A stretch of DNA of 64,000 nucleotides, taken from positions 45,137-109,136 of IMG/VR virus record IMGVR_UViG_3300020193_000005, one strand, 5' to 3'. This DNA comes from a virus. Under the pieces are notes generated by a model that saw only the letters and a list, made by a program, of their open reading frames with translations, did no database searches and had not been told where the DNA came from. This document shows, piece by piece, positions 11,039 through 22,800 of the stretch. The translations under genes and the position numbers were made by a program. Each line of letters begins with the position of its first letter. The stretch's first letter is position 1.

Positions 11039-13909
11039 ATGATTGAATCCGCCACGCAAAGATTCATTTCGGCGATGGGCGAAATCGACGCGACCAGAAT
11101 GGAATCCAAGAAAAAGTCTCTCGGTCGGGACATGAATCCGTACACCGCCAGGGACGCCGATTTGGACAGATTGGTCCTCGAGGGAATAGCACGCGTAAAC
11201 ATGGGTAGGGGCATCCCCGATCCGACGCCGTTCGGAAACGTCGGAGCGATGACGCGGAATCAACCCCCCCCGGCGAGACCCGAGAACAGATTGCGCAGGG
11301 CGGTCAGGCGTTCCATGCGCGACACCCCGAAGAGGGTCGCGAGGGGAACCAGCTCATTGCGACGATACCTCGAGTCGAGCGACGGCGTCTCGGGGAGGAT
11401 GGCCTCGGAAAGACCGATCGATCAAATTTTCCAGAATTTCAAAAGGGTGTCCATCGACGAGATACGAAGCGGCGTAAATTCAGTCGTCGGGAAAGTCGAT
11501 TCAGTCATGGGGCAACGACCGAGAACGATCGGCGAAATATTGAGAAATCTGAAAAGTTTGGAAAATCTCATCAACGGAATGAATCCGGACGGATCGCCGA
11601 CCCCGAACGGAGAGAATAGGAATTTTCGTTTGCTTCCCCTTTTTTTCATGGCGTCCACACAGAATGCTCTTAGGGAAGCGATGGGAGATAGATTCGACGG
11701 AGAAAAAACGATTCCGTCGAAGCACGACATCGGCGTGTACTACGCGACGGCGTACTCGATGCTGGAGAATCCGGAGGCTTTTCGGGACGTCGATTTCATA
11801 ATTCAGCCGATGTCCATGCCCGACATCTTCGGTCATCCGGGCGCAGAAGGATCAGTTTCGATGGTTCCGTCGTATTACTCCTTCCACGCGCGGCCGCCGA
11901 AAAGCAGCGTTAGGCGTGAAAGGGGCGGCGGGTTCGATACCTCCGGAGTAGCCGACACCTACGTGGCGTTCTCGCCGGTCAAGGACTATAGCGAAGGTCT
12001 AATGATAAACGTGACCCATAATCCAAGGATCGTCGGCGGTCGACTGCCGGTGCTCATGAGATTGGCGATGTACGGAGAAGAAGGGGACAAAGAAACGGTC
12101 GTCAAGGGTTTCATTGTGCCGAAGTCGCAAACCGGAAAACGATCCGTTACCGAGAAGTTTCAGGAGACGGAATTCGTGCACGAACGGCGGACCGGCGAAA
12201 GGGCGACGTTTCAGAGACTTTTGAAGGAAGCCAACGATTTCATGGATGCCTATTCGGAAGAAATTTCTCCGTCGTTCGTTGTGGAGACGACGGGACTTGA
12301 CATAGTGCTTTCGCTGATCGAAGAGGCTCAACGAATTTTCAAAAAAGCGAACGACGCGTTGGCCGAAGATCCATCCGTTTCGCCGTCAATGGTGGAAGCC
12401 ATGCGCGACGAGGGCAAGCGGCTTATTGATCTGGCCGACATGACGGCCTCCATGGCTTTGGCTTTTCACGAATTCGGTCACTTTTTTGACAAAGTTGGCG
12501 ACTACAAAAATAGTCCCGCCTACCCGGAGGCGTCCGATACGGGGGGTAGGGGTTTGAATACCGCGTACGAGTACAGAAGGGATCTGGCGATACTCGAATC
12601 GCTGAAAAAGGGAGAACCTTCGCCGTATCTTGAATCCGTCGCCGAAGAGCTTATGCACGGCAAAGTGAAGAACATTTTGAAAAACTTTTTGACCACGTAC
12701 GTCGATATGACGGCCGCCCTAACGGCAATGGAGAGATTGTCGCTGGTCAGATCCTCCCTGAATCCGTTGATCGGCGACGTGGCGAAATTGGTAAACGACA
12801 ACGACGGTTTAGCCGGCTGGGCCTGGGTGAAAATGGTAGTGACCGGACAAACCAAAACGGTCGAAGACGCGGTTTCTACGATCAAAATGGCGGGGCTCGT
12901 CAAAGTAAACCCGGATAATTCGCCCTCCAGGGTCGAAGCGGAGGCAAGGCGAATCATAGGGGAATTGCGAAAAATATTCAGCTACGGGGCGGCCCGTGGC
13001 GTCGCTTGGGATATGCGCTCGCGCGCGTCGCGCCTGTTGACCCCCTCGGCTTTTGCCGCGCAAGCTATGGATAACGAAAATTTTAATTCCCTTTTGGCCA
13101 AGGCGGACGATCGGCAAAGAGCGATGATGCTCGCAGTGATGGCGGACGCCCTGGTTCGCGGCTACGACAACCAACTAAAAACATCCATAGAAGCCACGAA
13201 AGAGCGAATCATCGAAAACGAAAGGTTGTTCAAGGGTGAAGGAGAGGTGCCCGATAAATACATGGGACTAAGAAGAAACGCGTGGCTTTCGGAGTGGCTG
13301 TCCGGGCAGTCGTTCAACGTCGACGGGTATGCGACGGGCTGGAGTAGTCTCATGTCCGAATTGATTTCATCCAATCCCGACGTCGTCGTTGAGTTTCTGG
13401 AACTATTCGGCAGAAAGAACGCGATAGACGGTTGGTTTGACGCCGACGGCTCCTTCAGTAAAAAAGAATTCGTCAAAAGGGAAATAACAAGAAAACACGT
13501 AGACCAACCCAGTTCGTATAGTCCGATTCTTCACGCCATAAATAACGCCGTAAACGGCAGGGGTTATTCCGGATGGAAGGATCTGACCGACGACGAATCG
13601 GCGACTTTGGCCGCCGTGATCGGGAAAATAACTCAGTATGCGGATCAAACGGATTACGACATGGCGAATCCGAGACCCAAGCACGTTCAGGTCTCAAACG
13701 CCGAAACTTACGCGGAACTCAACGCCATCCTAAGCCTGAATATTCTTTCCTTCCTGAATGGGTTGACGCAAAGAGAGAGGGACATCGCCCTAAAATTGCG
13801 TTCGCAGATGATGTCAAGAGTAAACGAAATGCGAGGACGAATGTTGCGTAATTCCAGGCGATTGCGAACCCCCGAGGAACAAATGCGAACCCCCAAGGAG
13901 CAAAGATGA
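11039..13909 (+). CDS. Large virion-associated protein with shared N-terminal tag and zincin-like (HEFGH) domain
   Basis: DMNPYTARDADLDRLVLEGI...PDPTPFG at 11129-11236; HEFGH at 12467-12481; distal QYA...ETYAE. Confidence 0.75.
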   Translation: MIESATQRFISAMGEIDATRMESKKKSLGRDMNPYTARDADLDRLVLEGIARVNMGRGIPDPTPFGNVGAMTRNQPPPARPENRLRRAVRRSMRDTPKRVARGTSSLRRYLESSDGVSGRMASERPIDQIFQNFKRVSIDEIRSGVNSVVGKVDSVMGQRPRTIGEILRNLKSLENLINGMNPDGSPTPNGENRNFRLLPLFFMASTQNALREAMGDRFDGEKTIPSKHDIGVYYATAYSMLENPEAFRDVDFIIQPMSMPDIFGHPGAEGSVSMVPSYYSFHARPPKSSVRRERGGGFDTSGVADTYVAFSPVKDYSEGLMINVTHNPRIVGGRLPVLMRLAMYGEEGDKETVVKGFIVPKSQTGKRSVTEKFQETEFVHERRTGERATFQRLLKEANDFMDAYSEEISPSFVVETTGLDIVLSLIEEAQRIFKKANDALAEDPSVSPSMVEAMRDEGKRLIDLADMTASMALAFHEFGHFFDKVGDYKNSPAYPEASDTGGRGLNTAYEYRRDLAILESLKKGEPSPYLESVAEELMHGKVKNILKNFLTTYVDMTAALTAMERLSLVRSSLNPLIGDVAKLVNDNDGLAGWAWVKMVVTGQTKTVEDAVSTIKMAGLVKVNPDNSPSRVEAEARRIIGELRKIFSYGAARGVAWDMRSRASRLLTPSAFAAQAMDNENFNSLLAKADDRQRAMMLAVMADALVRGYDNQLKTSIEATKERIIENERLFKGEGEVPDKYMGLRRNAWLSEWLSGQSFNVDGYATGWSSLMSELISSNPDVVVEFLELFGRKNAIDGWFDADGSFSKKEFVKREITRKHVDQPSSYSPILHAINNAVNGRGYSGWKDLTDDESATLAAVIGKITQYADQTDYDMANPRPKHVQVSNAETYAELNAILSLNILSFLNGLTQRERDIALKLRSQMMSRVNEMRGRMLRNSRRLRTPEEQMRTPKEQR

Positions 13910-14208
13910 CCGAAACGAACGAAATGCCCCCGAAAGAAGAGATTGATCCGCTCAAGCAGAGGGAGATGGACGTCGCCGACGACATGTTCGGTTTTGGCAG
14001 AAAGAGCGCTAAAAAGGTTTTCCTTTCACTATTGACGGACAAAATGATGGAAAATGGAGTAAAGCCGGAATTAGCGAAGGACGTGGTGCTCTCGTTGTTG
14101 CCGGATTTGACCGAAATCGAAAAAGCCATCAGCGAAAATATAAGCTTTGCCGATCTGGCGAAAAGATACGAAAATTTCATGGATGGGGAATTGAGGGAAA
14201 ATGAATGA
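13906..14208 (+). CDS. Small acidic hypothetical protein
   Basis: 100-aa ORF, ATGA overlap, SD AAGGAG. Confidence 0.75.
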   Translation: MTETNEMPPKEEIDPLKQREMDVADDMFGFGRKSAKKVFLSLLTDKMMENGVKPELAKDVVLSLLPDLTEIEKAISENISFADLAKRYENFMDGELRENE

Positions 14209-14770
14209 GTTCTTGAACTCAAAAGCCGATCCGCTCGGAGGTCTTTTGCCCCAGGAGGTCGTAACCGGCGACGTCATGCGCGGATACGGTCCCAGAAGGG
14301 GAAATCTGGAGAGATTGCTTCGCTACTGGAGACCGATCATGAAGAAGCCCGGCGGATTCAGGAGGTGCAGGGTCATTCTCGCCGATCATCCCGAGCTGTA
14401 TCCGCTCAACAACATATGCGCCTGGTTGCATCACGAAACGACCGGATTATGGCCGAACGAAGGCTGTCACCACCCGGGCATGAAAAACTGCAGAAGAAAA
14501 CTGCGCGGCGTCGTCAACGGATCGATCTGGAGCGACTCGGATTTCAACGACAGGCTCAAGAAAATTACGAGGAGAAGGGGAAAGAAGGATCTCAGATCCA
14601 GTGGCGGTATCGACGCGGCCCAGACCTACGATCCGTTCGTGCCGGTCATAACGGACGACGACTGGAATCACGCCTGGGTGGTTTTGGACGACTTCGTAAA
14701 GATGGAACCGACCTTCGTCGCGTACGTTTGCTCGGACGATAACTGGGAGATGTTCGATTCGGATGTCTGA
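14201..14770 (+). CDS. Phage head-associated hypothetical protein with a Cys/His motif
   Basis: GNLERLLRYW...GGFRRC...CAWLHHETTGLWP resembles a motif I recall from actinophage head-region proteins; overlaps both neighbours in an operon. Confidence 0.65.
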   Translation: MNEFLNSKADPLGGLLPQEVVTGDVMRGYGPRRGNLERLLRYWRPIMKKPGGFRRCRVILADHPELYPLNNICAWLHHETTGLWPNEGCHHPGMKNCRRKLRGVVNGSIWSDSDFNDRLKKITRRRGKKDLRSSGGIDAAQTYDPFVPVITDDDWNHAWVVLDDFVKMEPTFVAYVCSDDNWEMFDSDV

Positions 14771-16856
14771 CGCTATGGGCAACGACGACTGTTGCGGGAG
14801 TAGAACTCTCGTCAAGAGGACAATTTCGCCGGCGCTCGCCGTCATGCGAACAAACGTATACGACGTGCCGCTGTATTTTTTTCGCAATAGACAGAAAACC
14901 GTGGACTACAAGTGTCTGATGACGAAATCCATATCCGAGAGAAGGACGACGAGTCATCAAATCAGCGTCAAGTCGGGGATAATTTCGTCGGACGACCCGG
15001 TCTCCAGGGCGGTTCAAACCGTGGGCGGAATTTTGATTCCGGGGAATATGTCCAGGATCAGGAGGCCTTTCAGATCCACCATCGGTTCGGCCGTGGTTAC
15101 GGGACCACGGGGTCTGATTCCGTCCACGGTTTCCAGACTTTCGCCGGGAATGATCCCGAAACCGGACAGGGGATTTAGGTGTCCGGAGGGTTTTCAATTC
15201 GGGGGACAATTCACGGACAAGTACTACTCGACGTGCGGGAAAAAACTCTTTCAGCTAGCCCTGACCGTGGGAGCGAATTTCGACAGATACGTAAAGCTGT
15301 CCTCCGCGGGCGCCCTGAGAAAATTCAGGATAAACGGATTCGAATTGTCTCCCATCTCCAGGGAGAGACAAATATCGGCATCGGATCAAATCTCGACCAT
15401 TCGGAATCCCCAAATTGATATACCCGAAGTCGGCTCGTATAGCGTGTCCAAATTCAGGGAAGCATTGCAATCCGTCGTGAAGGATATGACGGACAGGGGA
15501 GAGTCCTTGTCCCGCCTGGTGAGAAGGGACGGGTTGGTCCTGGAACCGCTCGTATCCGCCAAAGTCCTGAGGACGGTTCCGGACAACAAAAGCATGGAGG
15601 AATCCGCCTACGTGACGTTCGCTAAAAATCCCGCATACATAGGCGGAGACGAAATGTGGATGTTCTCCAACAGCGGAGTGAATTCGCTCGTTTACGTACT
15701 CCCCAACGGCGGAACCCTGACACTAAGAAAGAAAAGGAATCTATCGAACGGGGAACGAAGGAAGCTCGGGAGAACGATATCCGACGCCAGGAAAATGACC
15801 CTGTCCGACAATCCAGCGATCAGGTTGGAACACGTTTCCTCGGAAATGGACGGACCGATAGCGTACGAACAAAATTTTAGCGACATAGATTTTCCCAACG
15901 ATATGGTGATCGTGTTCGACGCGAAGACCAAAAAACAACGCCAGGTTCGCAAATGGCACAGGGACGCATATCTTCTGGATCCGAAAAAGAGAGTGATCTC
16001 CGAAAGGTCTACGCAGATAGAGGACGTCGCCGGGATGCAGGACGATCTCGGCGAGGCCGTTTCCATGCTGAACGACGGAGGGCAAATCGGAAACATAAGT
16101 CCGGAAATACGGATACCGGCTATGGAAAGATCCGGGGTTTTTAGAGCCAGGCGCGCCGGCGACCGCGCCACGGAGTATTACAACGGTCGGCAAAAACTCG
16201 TCGCCATGAGTTCCAGGGTCGAATTCGAGCACATCGGAGCAATGACGACCGCAGAAATACAGTCGCAATTGGGGGCGGTCGCTCCGTACGTTTGGTTCGC
16301 CGGATCGGGGATAAGAAGACCCTACATATATTCGATGCCCGACGGCGACAAGAACGCAACCAGAACCTCGAGGGTAAGCGACGAAAGTTTCGCAAACGCG
16401 GAAGATATGACTCGACTGATGATCGCCGACATCCTCACCGATTCTCTGTCGAGAAATCCTTCGCTGATATACACCTCGCAGTTCGACGGAAAAAACAGGA
16501 CCTATTCGGCGCCTCTTTCGCTGTCGGCGATGTCGGGAATGAACAGGAAGGAAAAAGAGAAGAGAATATCCGAGACTTCCGCGGAGGTAATGCGCGATCT
16601 TCGGGTCTCCATATATTCGGATTACTTCCGTTCGTTGAGGGCAGCTCAAAGAAAAAGATCCCTGTCGTTGCTGGAGGAACTCCTAGAGAGAGCTAAAATG
16701 TTCTCGTTCGCCGATTTTGCGAGAAGAATGGCCATAGACGGAAAAATGTCGGAAGCCGAACGCATTCATCTCGAATCGGTGAAAAGACTCTACGAAAATA
16801 GGGTTCAACATCTGTACTCGGGCATAAAGACGATCAGGGAGATAATCGGTGAATAA
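14763..16856 (+). CDS. 697-aa virion-region protein; RCPEGFQFGGQFTD motif, possible degenerate HipA/PI3K-like C-terminal fold
   Basis: Long ORF in the operon; RLMIADILTDSLSRNPSLI loosely matches the D-x-L-x-x-N-x-D-R kinase-like motif. Confidence 0.6.
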   Translation: MSDAMGNDDCCGSRTLVKRTISPALAVMRTNVYDVPLYFFRNRQKTVDYKCLMTKSISERRTTSHQISVKSGIISSDDPVSRAVQTVGGILIPGNMSRIRRPFRSTIGSAVVTGPRGLIPSTVSRLSPGMIPKPDRGFRCPEGFQFGGQFTDKYYSTCGKKLFQLALTVGANFDRYVKLSSAGALRKFRINGFELSPISRERQISASDQISTIRNPQIDIPEVGSYSVSKFREALQSVVKDMTDRGESLSRLVRRDGLVLEPLVSAKVLRTVPDNKSMEESAYVTFAKNPAYIGGDEMWMFSNSGVNSLVYVLPNGGTLTLRKKRNLSNGERRKLGRTISDARKMTLSDNPAIRLEHVSSEMDGPIAYEQNFSDIDFPNDMVIVFDAKTKKQRQVRKWHRDAYLLDPKKRVISERSTQIEDVAGMQDDLGEAVSMLNDGGQIGNISPEIRIPAMERSGVFRARRAGDRATEYYNGRQKLVAMSSRVEFEHIGAMTTAEIQSQLGAVAPYVWFAGSGIRRPYIYSMPDGDKNATRTSRVSDESFANAEDMTRLMIADILTDSLSRNPSLIYTSQFDGKNRTYSAPLSLSAMSGMNRKEKEKRISETSAEVMRDLRVSIYSDYFRSLRAAQRKRSLSLLEELLERAKMFSFADFARRMAIDGKMSEAERIHLESVKRLYENRVQHLYSGIKTIREIIGE

Positions 16857-19800
16857 CGATCTCGTTTTCGCCCCGATTCGCGACGTCTATACGGATCTGA
16901 TATTTTCCGTGCTGCTGAGCGACGGAATAAAGTGCAAGGCGATAGGAAACATGAACCAGGGCGACGACTGGGCGCGTTGGGCGAACGGGTCGGGCCTGAG
17001 TAGTTCGCTAATACTGGATTCGCTCGACTACACGTTACGAGCCGACGAGTTCTCTCCCCTAACGGAGTCGTCCCTGATCTCCGTCAAGTCGATCCTCACG
17101 GCGGACGCATACGACGCGCTTTCCGTTTCGCTGGATGGCATTTCCATCAAGTCTCAACCCGACGACGACGAATCGCAAGCCGACGAGGATCTCCCGGAGC
17201 CCGAACAGGAGCCCGTTTCCGCCATATCGGTGATCGAGGTGGGGATGTCGTTGTTCGACGCCCAATTCAAGAAATTGGCGGTCGACTACAAGGCGAATTA
17301 TCAGAATACGAAGATAGACGTGTCCTCCTTGGCGCTGAGCGTAAAAGCCACCAAGTCCGTGTGGGCAAATAAAGCGGACGGCGTCGCTTGGAAATCATTG
17401 GTCAGCAACTCCTACTCCGACGATCCTGGCAAATTGATTTACGGAAAGATGTACGGGCGCGGTCTATCGCGGCGTTTCGCCATGTCCGTAAAAGCGGTTT
17501 CCAACATGGATCCGCGAACGGCGAGGGACGCCGATTCGGACAGATTGGTCCTCGAGGGCATTCCCACAGTGAACTTGGGTAGGGGGGTTCCCGATCCGAC
17601 CCCGTTCGGTGCAGCGAGGCTCGCCAGAAGAACCAGAAAAAACCGAGATTACGCCGTAGCCGACGGTAAAAACAGAAAGCGAAGAATGGAGTCCCGTTTC
17701 TCCGCCGAAATCAGGACGGGCGGATTGGATTCAACAGCCGTCGGAGGGCGCGATTACTTAAAAGACGACGAATCCGATTCCGGAAAAACGACGTTGAACA
17801 GAAGAATGAATCGCAGAACCGCGGGAAGCTCGACGAGCGCGACCGCGAGAGGAACGAGCGCTTCGTTCGATTCGGGCAATCCGGCCCAGTCGGCGACGCG
17901 CTCAACTAGAGGAAGGTTTCCGAAGACTTCCAGGATCATTCAAAAAATAAGGAACAATCCTCCGGTGAGGAGATTGTCGGAAAACGTTTTCGGGGATCGC
18001 AAGATTTCGGGAAAGAAGCCGAGACTCGACAAAAGGACGATGGCCAATCGATCGACCGGGTGGCTGAATAAACTTTCCGAGAGAATAGCCTCCGCCAGTC
18101 CCCCGAAAATGGACACCGGTTCGCCGATAAGGGAAAATAGAAGAAGAAAATCGCCCTTCGCCGGCGAGAGCGACACCGGTCGGATGAGGCGCGTCGTCTA
18201 CAGCCAGACGACACCGATGAGGAGTTTGTTCGGATTGAGAAACTCAATGGACGACGATTCCGCCAACAGAAAGAATCTCTCCGAATATACGCCGACCGAA
18301 AGGGCGCTGATACTCGGAGAGGCGAAAAAGGTCAGAAGCGACCTTCTCTCGCAATGGAGATCGCGTTTGGGTCTATCCGAAGACGCCGACGTACTCGAAG
18401 ACGGAATTTTGACCTATATCCAGGATCAGGAAGCACGTGGAAAAAACGTCTATCCGCTCCAGGTTCAGGCACATAATTTGCTGATCCTCGACGAAATGCT
18501 CTGGGATGCGGAAACGAAACCCGACAAGAACATGGACAACATGTGGTGGAACCTCAAGGAAAACGCTAGAGCCAGAATAGTTTCCGATTCTGGCGTTCTC
18601 GTTCCTAGCGCCCAAAAACAGGGGGACAACGATCTTTCCAGGCCACCGGCTCGTCCGGTAAAAACCCCGATAACCGCTCCTCCTCCGAAGAGCGCCGACG
18701 AAATCGTCAAAACTCAGGTCGCGGCAAACGACAATCCCTGGAAGATGGATAAAAATACGAGAGATCAGGTCATGTCGGATCTGGGCGAATGGTTGAAAAA
18801 CTCTCCGGAATTCCTAACGTTTAGCGATAGGTTCGGCGAAAACGAAACCGAGTGGGACGAATTCAGCCCGTCGGAACAATCCGCGTTGAAGAGGGAAATG
18901 GGATACCGCGAGAATGAATTGGTCAACACCATAAACGAAATAATGACGCCGACGTCTGCGAACCAAAAGGATTACCGAATCAACGGCAGAATCACCCCGG
19001 AATCGTTGAGAAACATGACGAACGATTCCTACGTTTCCCTCAATCCCGGCGGCGCAAATCTCTACCCAGACATCAGATCCCTGATCGCCATCATGGATCT
19101 TCTGGGGGCTCCGAACTGGGACGTAAAAACCCAGAAAGAAGCGTGGAAGGCGATCGGAAACAGAAACAGGAATGTCGTGTCGAAGCGCGCCGACATACTC
19201 CGGAGAGATTTGAGACGCGGGGGTAGGTACGGCGGCGTCGTCGGAGAGCGAACGCAGGTTACGCCTAAATCCAGGGCGACGGAGACCGAAAAGCCGGTAG
19301 AGCGGCCGGTCGAGCCGGTCACGACCGAACCGACGCAAACCCAGAATCCGTCGGTTCGAGCGACGCAGTCGCGTCCGTCCATCAACCTGCCCAGAACCGC
19401 TAGAGGGGGCGCCGTAAAAACGGTGACGCTCGTCGACGAGGACGGGAAAGAAATCGTCAAAGAGGTTTCCGCATTCGGGGATCCCTTCCAATACGACCAC
19501 GAAGATCAGTACGTTGACCGAAACGGAACTCTTTATTTATACGAAAGGCAGAGCAAGCTCTACAGAAATCCCGTCACGGGTGAATATCTCGAGAACTATT
19601 CGGATCCGGGCATGGAAGTTGACGTCGGCATAGATTCCGAACTAGAGCATCCACCGGTAAACCAGAGGGTACAAAAGTCGGCGAAAGTCGGGAATGTCGT
19701 CTCCTACCCGCAACAAAACGTCGGTGGCAAGCAGCAAAAACCCAGGTTCTTCAGTAAAATTTCGAATCTCAGGCTAGCCAGGGACGGGGGGAAAAATTCC

Positions 19801-22800
19801 GACAAACTAAGCCATTTCCAGGTTTTCGCGACGGCTCTCGGAATTTCCGAATCGGAACTGTTGGAGAGACTCGGCATGACGGCGGATAGTGGCGGAAAGG
19901 TCTTTTATCTTGCGCCTGGCGTTTTGGAAGGTCTGAGCCCGGACACGGCGAGACAAGCCTACGAAATTATGTTGATGCTAGACGACGAATACATGACGGA
20001 CGATATGAAAATCGAGGAGTTGACGACCCTCGACGTAATAGACGCAAGCGAGTTGTTCGCCGACGGTCGTCGGGCGACGGCGGCCGAGGTGTACGCCTAC
20101 TACGTCGATCCAGACTTGTTGGATTTGGGTTATTCTGCGGATCCGGGGATTTACGGTCTTGCTCCCGGAACGGCCAAAGAACGAGTTCTGGCCCACTACA
20201 TCTCGGGTTCTCTCCTTCTCCCGAGAGACAAAGATCCAAGCTACGGCGACTCCAACTTCGCGGTGGCGATGCCGGACGGTTCAAAATTGGTCATAGGTCA
20301 CGACGTCGGTTCTAGAGGCAGCGCGCGAGCCATTCAGTATCCGAAATACCTGAACATGGATCTGACGACGAGGCAAATCGTGGTTCCTTTCGATTTATTC
20401 CTCGAAGGACAGAGTCGCTTCGTCAACCGATACAACCAAATCGGGGTTCCGCTCATTCCGGGTATTCCCGACATCGGAGACGTAAGACTGAGCGTTCCGA
20501 AATTGGTCGCCGTTAGGTATCATCCTGCCGGCGTCGCCAGACAGAGGGGCTCGTATTGGAAGGGATCCCCGAACGACGAGCCGATGCGCGTCCTGGCCAG
20601 GAAGGTGAATAAGGCGATATTAGACGACACGGATTCGGATTGGTTTGAGGCCATAAGAGACGCGGTGAGGAAGTACAACCAAGCGTCCAACCAAATGCAA
20701 ACGGCTCTAGCCGAATGGAGAAAAATCAGGGGTAATCGCAGCAGGGTAAAGGGACCGAAACGCTCATTCATCATGGAACAGGAAAAATTGGAGGCGATCG
20801 GAAAAATAATCACCGAAATACTGGCTCCGAACGCGCATAAAGCCCTCAATAGGGTGCGCGGGACCAAGTCCGCTACCGCGAAAACGAGGAACCAGGTTCA
20901 ACGGATGAGGTTCAACAGGTCGTCGAGCGCCGGAGCGAAGAACTCGCCAGATCTGGAAGAACGACAACTTTATCCGACTCACGACGAAGCCGGAAATATT
21001 ATCGTAAGGAGTCCGGAGACGTTGATCGAGTTGTCGAAACTCAACCACACCGAGGGATTTTTGCCCATGATCAAGCTCGACGTAAAACCAGATAGCGATT
21101 ACGAGATTTCTCAACTAACCGAAGATCAAATTAGGAGCCTGGCCAGCATAAGGCTCGCCGAGGAAACGTTGATTGATCCGAGCGACCCGGATTTCGAACT
21201 ATCGGAAGAATTGAAAATAGAGAGCTCCTCTGAACAGAACGAGGAGAGAGTGGCGAGGGCATCGGCCAGAAAAAAAATGTCGCAAAAGGTGGCACTGGAT
21301 CTCGCCGGCTACACCTACAAACCCGTCGCGGCGACTCAGGTTGAATTCATGGAGTTGCTTGCTGACGCCGACGAACTTGACCCCGTACCAGAGGATAAAT
21401 TGCCGACGAATTATCCCTTAGACGCAGACTGGACCGTGCTGCCGATAGTGAGGGGAATAAATCACAAAATAGACGTTAGAAAACCAATTAGAGAAAAATT
21501 ATTTAAATGGTTTTTCGGCGGAAACAAATTTACCGACGAGGCGGCGAAGGAACTTATTGACGGTCCTTATTTCGTTCCCTCCGGCTACAACGGCGCCGTC
21601 GGCGGCGAAGGTTTGAACTTTTATCACGCCAGCGGTGGCGGCTCCGGTGGCTACACTGGCGGGAAAAACGACAAAGTCATGATGGCCGTGATGCCGAACG
21701 CGAGAATTTTCCACCGCGGTTTGTTGAAGTATCTTGCGACGCAAATGACCGTGCTACACCAAATGGTGTCAGCGGCGATCTACTCGGACTCCGGCGTTGA
21801 GAGAGAATTACCGATAGACGAAGACGCCTGGAACTCGAAAAACTTCGATTTCGCAGATAATCCGAAGATCTACTCGCATTTCTACTCGCCGTACGGGGGG
21901 GCTTACCAAAACTACGAAGTCAGGTACATCGACGACGACGGAAGCATCGCGCAATATACCGTCTCGGGCTCTCAGGGTTTCGGCGATTCCCTGGATATAT
22001 CGAACGTTCAGGCACAAGAACAAGAACCCGTTCCGAAGAAACCGAACCAAGAAGACACAAGAACGCTCTCCGAGCAGAGATACGATATTTTCAGAAACCT
22101 GTGGTTCGGTATTTTCGGGGAAGAACCTTCGGAGAAATACAGGGGCCTCGACTCGAGCGACGCCAAAACCATGAACGAACTACTGGAAGAAATAATGAAG
22201 AAACTCGTCACGGTCGTTCCGGCCCAAGCCCAGGAAAGACGAAAAAGGGGCGATAGTTTGACGCCGAAGTCGAGGCGCACGGGGATTGCTGACGACGCCC
22301 CAAATAGAAGTTTTCCGATTGATCCGAGATTTTTTGACATTGACTTCGTAGCGGAGACGAGCTTCAATGCCGACTATTACCTAAGTCCGGAAGAGCTTCG
22401 CGAATATTCAATTGCGGAATGGGCGAAGAGAACCAGGGCGCAGATGCTGTCGTGGTTCATTCAGGCGGAGATAGCCAAGGGTGCCGAAATAGCAAAAGCC
22501 AGATTGGCTGGCAAAATCCCGTGGAACGAAGAAATAAGGAAGTATGTCGCCTTCCAGGAGGTGCTGCTAAGACTTGAGGACGAAGTCGTACTGGGAACGA
22601 TAATAGGAGTCGACGGATACTGGAGCGACGACGACACGGATGAACTGCTCAAACTCACGGAAACACCGGCAATCTCCGAAAGGTCGATTGGGAGAATGTT
22701 TGTTCGGAACAATAAAATGATCTTTTCTCCCGTTTACCAAGGGAACTTGGGCGGGCAATTCATGCTTTTGAACAGAACCGCCGTCGTCGCCAACGACCGA

